The notes under the pieces are model-generated. The model did no database searches and was not told where the DNA came from. It was given only the letters and a program-made list of their open reading frames with translations. From positions 13,014-77,013 of the forward strand of contig CAYHBA010000005.1 in the NCBI GenBank assembly GCA_964354755.1: 64,000 nt of DNA. The letters run 5' to 3'. The position numbers and the translations under genes are program-made. The stretch is from an uncultured Thermoplasmata archaeon. Lineage in GTDB: Archaea; Thermoplasmatota; Thermoplasmata; SG8-5. Positions 58,626 to 64,000 of this stretch are shown piece after piece. Each line of letters starts with the position of its first letter. Position 1 is the stretch's first letter.

Positions 58626-61586
58626 TTGTTTTCTTGTTATACAGCCAAGACCGGTCCTGCCGTCGACCTTCACCTCTAGCTCGAACGGGAGCTCTACATG
58701 GGTAACATGACCCACCTTTTTCCTCTTTCCGGCTTTCTCCAGCCAATCCCAGTCTATCGATGCATCGTCCGAGCCATGTGGAATGGTGAAATACATTATC
58801 CCGAGTGAGGTGATGTTGTGGAAAAAATGCGTGCCGTGAGATGGATCGATCCTGTACCCCTCCAGGCCCACCTCCACCATTGCCCTGGCCCAGGAAATCT
58901 GTTTCCAATCCACAGGTATCCCCAGGAACCTGTCCCTTGTACCCCATCGTCCCGGGCCGATGAGCAGATAGGGCCTGTCCATGCCGTCGTTGACCTCCCC
59001 GATATCCCTGGCCAAGTCAGCGGTCTTTGTATTGTCGAATTCCGAAGGGCTGATATAAACCACATCCCTGATTCCCCTGAGCACGCCATTGCCGAGCGCT
59101 TTGGATGAATAGGCGAAGGCTCCCTGTCTGTCATCCTCCGACACGGTCACGCTTGCCTTTTCCCTCATGGTCAGAAGGGGGCGAATCTGGAGCACATTGA
59201 ACTCGGGTTTTCCCGCGCAGTCCAGCCTCAGCGCGAATTCCATCTCAATCGGCGAGCCCATTCCGACAGTGCCGAAATCCAGGAGACTGTCAATGACACC
59301 GGGCAGAGGCAGCAATCCGTATTTCAGGACACCGGAGAATGTCACCACTCTGGGGCCGTCAGCGCCAACTCCTTCCCTAATCCTGCCGTCAGCCGGGTCG
59401 TATGTGCTTGCCACATAATTCAGCGTGCCATCCTCCTCCGCGTCTGACACCTGCAGTCTGAGAAGGGTGGAATCGTCGCCTTTTATCAGGTCGTAATCGG
59501 ATGTGGCCATGTCAAGGCAGTAGAAGTAACTCTGCGTGTTCTTGATAATGTCATTCGGCGTGGAGAATCCCGGGGTTATGCCAGGATTCTTCGGTGAGAA
59601 TGCCAGGACCCTCCCGCCCTCCACGACAGTCTTGCCGAGCCCCAGCGCCACGCTCGCTATCCCGTCCTCCCGTTTCAGGGGCGCGACAGGATAGAAATTG
59701 TATGACTGGGCGACACCGGAGAAAATCGGGTAGAATCTGTCCCCGTATCTGTTGCCGACCATCTTCTGGAGAACGATGGCCATCTTCTCCTCCTCGGTTG
59801 TATGCACTGTGTTCTGGATGTAAGCCTTGGCCGATGCCAGAAACGCCGAGGCATAGACAAGTTTGATTGCGTCCAGGAGACGCACGAGCCTTGCATCGTT
59901 CCCAGTTTCGTTGTTGGGCAGCATGAATGTCGAGTAAATACCGGCGAAAGGCTGATTCTGGCTGTCCTCCAGCAGGCTTGAGGAGCGGACGGCCAGCGGC
60001 TCCCTGACATGCCTGATATATTCTCCCAGTGCCTTGAGGATGTCATCGGGCATCTTGCCCTTGAGGAAAATTTTCTTGATGCTGATGTCGTCCGGTTTCT
60101 TGGAAATTGCCTCGCTCAGCTTGTTTTCCTCGATGAACCTGTCGAATATATCGGTTCCCATTACCAGTGTGTCAGGGATGCGGACACGGCATTCTGGTAT
60201 TGTCTCGTCGATGTTCTTCTGGGCGAACAGGGCGAACAGGAATGCCAGACCCCTGCCCTTGCCCCCGAGCGAGCCGCCGCCCAGCCTGGTGAATGTTTCT
60301 TCCACTTCGAAATTCTGCTGCCAGAAATCTGTAATCATGCCCCGCCTTTTGGCCCGGTCCAGTTCCCTGAATGTGGCGGCCAGGTACCTTCTGATGTCCT
60401 CGTCGTCCTTGAAGTCAGAAACTTTCTTGGGTCTGAGCTTCAGGGCCATTCCTATCTCGCCCCTTGCCATAAGCCAGTTCGAGAAATGGTTGGCTCCAGC
60501 ATGGTATTTCAATGACTCTGCCGGCACCTTGTCTAGGAGAGTGAGGAATTCAGCCATGTCCCCGGCGCTGCCAATGATTGCGCCTGCAGGGGTTCTGAAA
60601 ACGAAATCGCCGAACCCCAGCGATTCCTTGAAGAACCTCCTCAGGTCGTGCATGAGCTTGTCCGAATGCTTTCCTATGAACTTGACGCCGAGGCTCTCAG
60701 CCTTGGCTCTGTGGGCATCGTCCGAGGACTGCACCAGGATGGGGATGCCCTCGTCCAGGCTCTTCACCAGCTCGAAACCTGCCAGTTCCAGTTCCTCGCC
60801 GTTCCTCGTATATGTCACGTCGGTGATGACGCCAAGGATGTTCTCCCGATACATGTTGTACTTCTCGACCGCCTCCTCATAGGTTTCGGCGAGCACTATC
60901 TTCGGTCTGGCTCTTTTCCTGTAGGTTTTCTCCTGCTCGTTCAGGCTGTCGGAGATGAGGTCATGCGTCTGGAGCATGATCTCCCTGTAAACTATAGGGA
61001 GGAACATCGAGTAATATTTCGGCGAGTCCTCTACCAGCAACAGCACCCGCACGAAGGCGTCCCTCGTGTCCGCCTTCACATTCATGAGGTCTTCGACGAA
61101 TTTGGTTATGGCAAAGAACAGGGCCGAGTCGCCGTTCCAATAGAATATCTTGTCAATCTCATCGCGTTTGTCGGGTATGCTGTAGATCGGAATCTCTGCC
61201 GTATCCGTGAGAAGCAGAATTACTGGAATACTAGGCTGAATGGCCTTTGCCTCCCTCCCGAACTCAAACGGGTTCCTGTCCGTGACCCTGGGCATAGTGA
61301 TGATCATGTCGTAATGTTTCTGCACGAGCGCCTCCAATGCGAGCCTGCAGTTGTCCACCCTCGTAACGGTGGGCGGGGAGGAAGAGATGGACATGGCCTT
61401 GTACTCGCCCGAAATACGGTCTGAGAGCAGCCCCTCCTCCTCAAGGATGAAAGCGTCATACAGGCTGGAGACCAGCAGTATGTCATAGACCCTGCGCTTC
61501 ATGAGGTCTGAAAGCCCGCGCCTGAAATCGCCGTTCTGGCTGTTGTCGTTGAGGTTGGTTTTCTTTGCCTTGCCGCGAGGTTCCAT
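58620..61586 (-). CDS. PPDK_N dikinase-like protein with two receiver-like domains (third paralog)
   Basis: LLVEDS, GVITD, ILVQSS, IGKH (REC-like); GGKGRGLA, VRSSSLLED, FAGIY, LQIRP; GPGRWGT...GTHFF. Confidence 0.87.
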   Translation of the reverse strand: MEPRGKAKKTNLNDNSQNGDFRRGLSDLMKRRVYDILLVSSLYDAFILEEEGLLSDRISGEYKAMSISSSPPTVTRVDNCRLALEALVQKHYDMIITMPRVTDRNPFEFGREAKAIQPSIPVILLLTDTAEIPIYSIPDKRDEIDKIFYWNGDSALFFAITKFVEDLMNVKADTRDAFVRVLLLVEDSPKYYSMFLPIVYREIMLQTHDLISDSLNEQEKTYRKRARPKIVLAETYEEAVEKYNMYRENILGVITDVTYTRNGEELELAGFELVKSLDEGIPILVQSSDDAHRAKAESLGVKFIGKHSDKLMHDLRRFFKESLGFGDFVFRTPAGAIIGSAGDMAEFLTLLDKVPAESLKYHAGANHFSNWLMARGEIGMALKLRPKKVSDFKDDEDIRRYLAATFRELDRAKRRGMITDFWQQNFEVEETFTRLGGGSLGGKGRGLAFLFALFAQKNIDETIPECRVRIPDTLVMGTDIFDRFIEENKLSEAISKKPDDISIKKIFLKGKMPDDILKALGEYIRHVREPLAVRSSSLLEDSQNQPFAGIYSTFMLPNNETGNDARLVRLLDAIKLVYASAFLASAKAYIQNTVHTTEEEKMAIVLQKMVGNRYGDRFYPIFSGVAQSYNFYPVAPLKREDGIASVALGLGKTVVEGGRVLAFSPKNPGITPGFSTPNDIIKNTQSYFYCLDMATSDYDLIKGDDSTLLRLQVSDAEEDGTLNYVASTYDPADGRIREGVGADGPRVVTFSGVLKYGLLPLPGVIDSLLDFGTVGMGSPIEMEFALRLDCAGKPEFNVLQIRPLLTMREKASVTVSEDDRQGAFAYSSKALGNGVLRGIRDVVYISPSEFDNTKTADLARDIGEVNDGMDRPYLLIGPGRWGTRDRFLGIPVDWKQISWARAMVEVGLEGYRIDPSHGTHFFHNITSLGIMYFTIPHGSDDASIDWDWLEKAGKRKKVGHVTHVELPFELEVKVDGRTGLGCITRKQE

Positions 61587-61733
61587 GATGGAGGTTAATC
61601 TGTTAGGGTATAAAATAATTTGAGATGGCGCATGGATCGTCCGGGCGCCGTTTGCATCGGTTCCTCAGAGGCGGATCAAATGCCCAATGCGGGGATGTGG
61701 CGCGGTTCTTCCGCCAATCCAAAGTGCTCGTGC

Positions 61734-63197
61734 CTATTTCTTCGGCATCTCGCAGGTCATGTCCCCGGGCAGGGCCTCAGGCTTCGGAATGATTTTGGGG
61801 ATGCCCAATAATTTCTCGTGGATGTCCATGGCAGATTTCTTTCCTGCGCCCATGGCCTCGATTACCGTGGCCATGCCTGTGACTATGTCCCCGCCTGCCC
61901 AAACCATGTCTTTCTTCGTCTTCCCCCACTCATCCGCCGCGATATAGCCCCATTTGTTGAGCTCGAGCCCCGGAGTCGACCTTGTAAGCAGCGGATTGGC
62001 CCCTGCGCCGATGGCGTTGATGACTAGGTCGCAGTCGATGACATACTCGGAATCCGGGATGGGCACGGGCCTGCGCCTGCCGGACTCATCCGGTTCCCCC
62101 AGTTCCATCCTCGAGCACTTGAGCCCCTTCACCATGTTGTTCTCGTTGCCCAAAACCTCGACTGGATTGGTGAGGAGGCACATCTTCACCCCCTCCTCCT
62201 CCGCATGGTGGATCTCCTCTATTCTGGCCGGCATCTCCTCCCTGCTCCTGCGGTACACGACAGAGACGTCGCCGCCCAGTCTGAGCGCAGTCCTGGCCGA
62301 GTCCATGGCCACGTTTCCCCCGCCTATGACGCAGACCTTCTTCCCCTTGACGATGGGCGTGTCATACTCAGGGAACCTGTAGGCCTTCATCAGGTTGCTC
62401 CTTGTGAGATACTCGTTGGCCGAGTACATGCCCCCGAAATTCTCCCCAGGGATTCCCAGGAACTTAGGCAGCCCGGCGCCGACGCCTATGAAAACTGCGT
62501 GGAAGCCCCTCTCGTTCAGCAGCTCGTCGATCGATACAGTCCTGCCGACTATCTCGTTGAGCTTCAGCTTCACGCCCAACTTTACCAGATAGTCAACTTC
62601 CTTCTCCACGATGGCCTTCGGGAGCCTGAATTCCGGAATGCCGTACATCAGCACGCCGCCCGGCTTGTGGAAGGCCTCGAAGATAGTTACATCATAACCG
62701 AGAAGGACCATGTCCCCGGCCACTGTAAGGCCGGAAGGTCCCGAGCCCACAATGGCAATCTTTTTTCCGTTGGGCGCAGCCTTTTTGGGGAGCTGGATGA
62801 GATCGTTCTCCCTCTCGTAATCCGCTGCGAATCTCTCCAGTCTGCCTATTGCCACTGCTCTGCCCATCTTGTTAAGCACGCAGTGCTGCTCGCACTGCGT
62901 CTCTTGGGGACAGACCCTTCCGCAAATGGCCGGGAGTGCGTTTGTTTCCTTGATTTTCCTGGCCGCTTCTGCATATTTCCTCTCGGTTATCAATTTGATG
63001 AAGCCCGGGATGTTTATGTTGACAGGGCAGCCGCAGACACATGAGGGAACCTTGCACTGGAGGCATCGCCCGGCCTCCTCCCTGGCCATCTCATCTGTAT
63101 AACCCAGTGGAACCTCCAGGAAGTTGGTTGCGCGGACCTTCGGGTCCTGCTCGGGCATCGGGACTCTGTCCTTCCTGCGCGGTTTCTTCTCGGTCAT
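61734..63197 (-). CDS. nfnB: GltD-like large subunit of electron-bifurcating transhydrogenase (NfnB/SudA)
   Basis: RCLQC, CVCGCPV, CGRVCPQE, VGSGPSG, YGIPEFRLP, IGGGNVAMD; overlaps an nfnA-like gene. Confidence 0.85.
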   Translation of the reverse strand: MTEKKPRRKDRVPMPEQDPKVRATNFLEVPLGYTDEMAREEAGRCLQCKVPSCVCGCPVNINIPGFIKLITERKYAEAARKIKETNALPAICGRVCPQETQCEQHCVLNKMGRAVAIGRLERFAADYERENDLIQLPKKAAPNGKKIAIVGSGPSGLTVAGDMVLLGYDVTIFEAFHKPGGVLMYGIPEFRLPKAIVEKEVDYLVKLGVKLKLNEIVGRTVSIDELLNERGFHAVFIGVGAGLPKFLGIPGENFGGMYSANEYLTRSNLMKAYRFPEYDTPIVKGKKVCVIGGGNVAMDSARTALRLGGDVSVVYRRSREEMPARIEEIHHAEEEGVKMCLLTNPVEVLGNENNMVKGLKCSRMELGEPDESGRRRPVPIPDSEYVIDCDLVINAIGAGANPLLTRSTPGLELNKWGYIAADEWGKTKKDMVWAGGDIVTGMATVIEAMGAGKKSAMDIHEKLLGIPKIIPKPEALPGDMTCEMPKK

Positions 63198-64000
63198 TGC
63201 TTCACCCCGTGTTCCTCGACGTACTTCTGGAGAGAGCATTTCTCCTCTGCAAGGTAGATCCTCTGTCTCGAAGTGAGGAGGTTCCAGTCAACCTGATGCC
63301 CGTCGAACTCCGGCCCATCCACGCAAGTGAATTTCGTTTTTCCGTCGATATTCACCCTGCAGCCGCCGCACATGCCTGTGGCGTCTATCATTATCGAATT
63401 GAGGCTGACTATGGTCTTTACACCGAATGGCTTGGTGGTCAGGGAACAGAACTTCATCATGGGGACCGGTCCGATGGCGTATACGATGTCCACTTTTTCC
63501 CTCTCGCAAACCTCCTTCAGGGGCTCGGTGACCAGGCCCTTCCTTGCGAACGTTCCGTCGTCAGTGGTGATTATGTGCTCGTCGCAAACTGTGGCAATCT
63601 TGCCCTGCCAGAACAGCAGGTTCTTCGACCTCGCGCCCTGTATACATATAACCTTGTTTCCAGCCACCTTCATCTCCCTGGCTATGGGATATATCGGCGC
63701 CGTGCCCACGCCGCCCGCCACCAGCACGACGGTCCCGTACTTCTTTATCTCGGATGCATGGCCAAGTGGGCCTACCAATGCGTAGTAGGACTGGCCCGCC
63801 TTCATCGCCGCAAGCTTGTAAGTTGATGTCCCGACTGCCATGAATACGATGGTGACGGTTCCTTTATCCCTGTCAAAATCAGCGATTGTCAGCGGGACGC
63901 GCTCGCCCTTCTCGTCCGGCATGACCACCAGGAACTCCCCGGCCTTCGCCTTCTTAGCAATCTCGGGCGCCTCGATTACGGCTTCGTAAATCGTGGGCAC
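63194..64000 (-). CDS. nfnA: NfnA/SudB small subunit (FAD, 2Fe-2S); 5' end outside the window
   Basis: GERVPLTIAD, GPLG, GGVG, IGPVPMM, MIDATGMCGGCRV, CVDGPEF. Confidence 0.88.
   Translation of the reverse strand: MPTIYEAVIEAPEIAKKAKAGEFLVVMPDEKGERVPLTIADFDRDKGTVTIVFMAVGTSTYKLAAMKAGQSYYALVGPLGHASEIKKYGTVVLVAGGVGTAPIYPIAREMKVAGNKVICIQGARSKNLLFWQGKIATVCDEHIITTDDGTFARKGLVTEPLKEVCEREKVDIVYAIGPVPMMKFCSLTTKPFGVKTIVSLNSIMIDATGMCGGCRVNIDGKTKFTCVDGPEFDGHQVDWNLLTSRQRIYLAEEKCSLQKYVEEHGVKQ

Noticed and set aside
61734..63197. Glutamate synthase small subunit gltD
   Set aside because: It is coupled to an nfnA/sudB-like gene and no gltB is in the window, so NfnB fits better; a role with a distant GltB is not excluded.

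Overview
Archaeal chromosomal window. Thermoplasmata-like by inference, from archaeal rps15, dph5, RaSEA, RPA, KaiC/DUF835 and pilin genes. It is densely coding, and I see no CRISPR array, rRNA or intact transposase. 1-11 kb: a large pilin-N/CARDB surface protein, zinc-ribbon proteins, a KaiC/RAD55 ATPase, a chimera carrying a bacterial DnaA AAA+ domain fused to DUF835, a PRC-barrel protein and an RPA operon. 11-39 kb: housekeeping genes and tRNA-Thr(UGU), with a family of GC-rich palindromic intergenic repeats between them. 39-64 kb: a redox/energy island. It holds a complex-I-like group 4 [NiFe]-hydrogenase operon, a tandem Lrp-like regulator, two glutamate dehydrogenases, three ~1000-aa dikinase-like (PPDK_N) proteins lacking the pyruvate-binding barrel (two with receiver-like domains, one with a nucleotidyltransferase domain), a metallophosphoesterase and NfnAB. 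The best candidates for undescribed systems are the GDH-linked dikinase/NTase/phosphoesterase module, the DnaA-DUF835 chimera and the REP/MITE-like repeat family. All calls come from reading motifs by eye; no searches were run.
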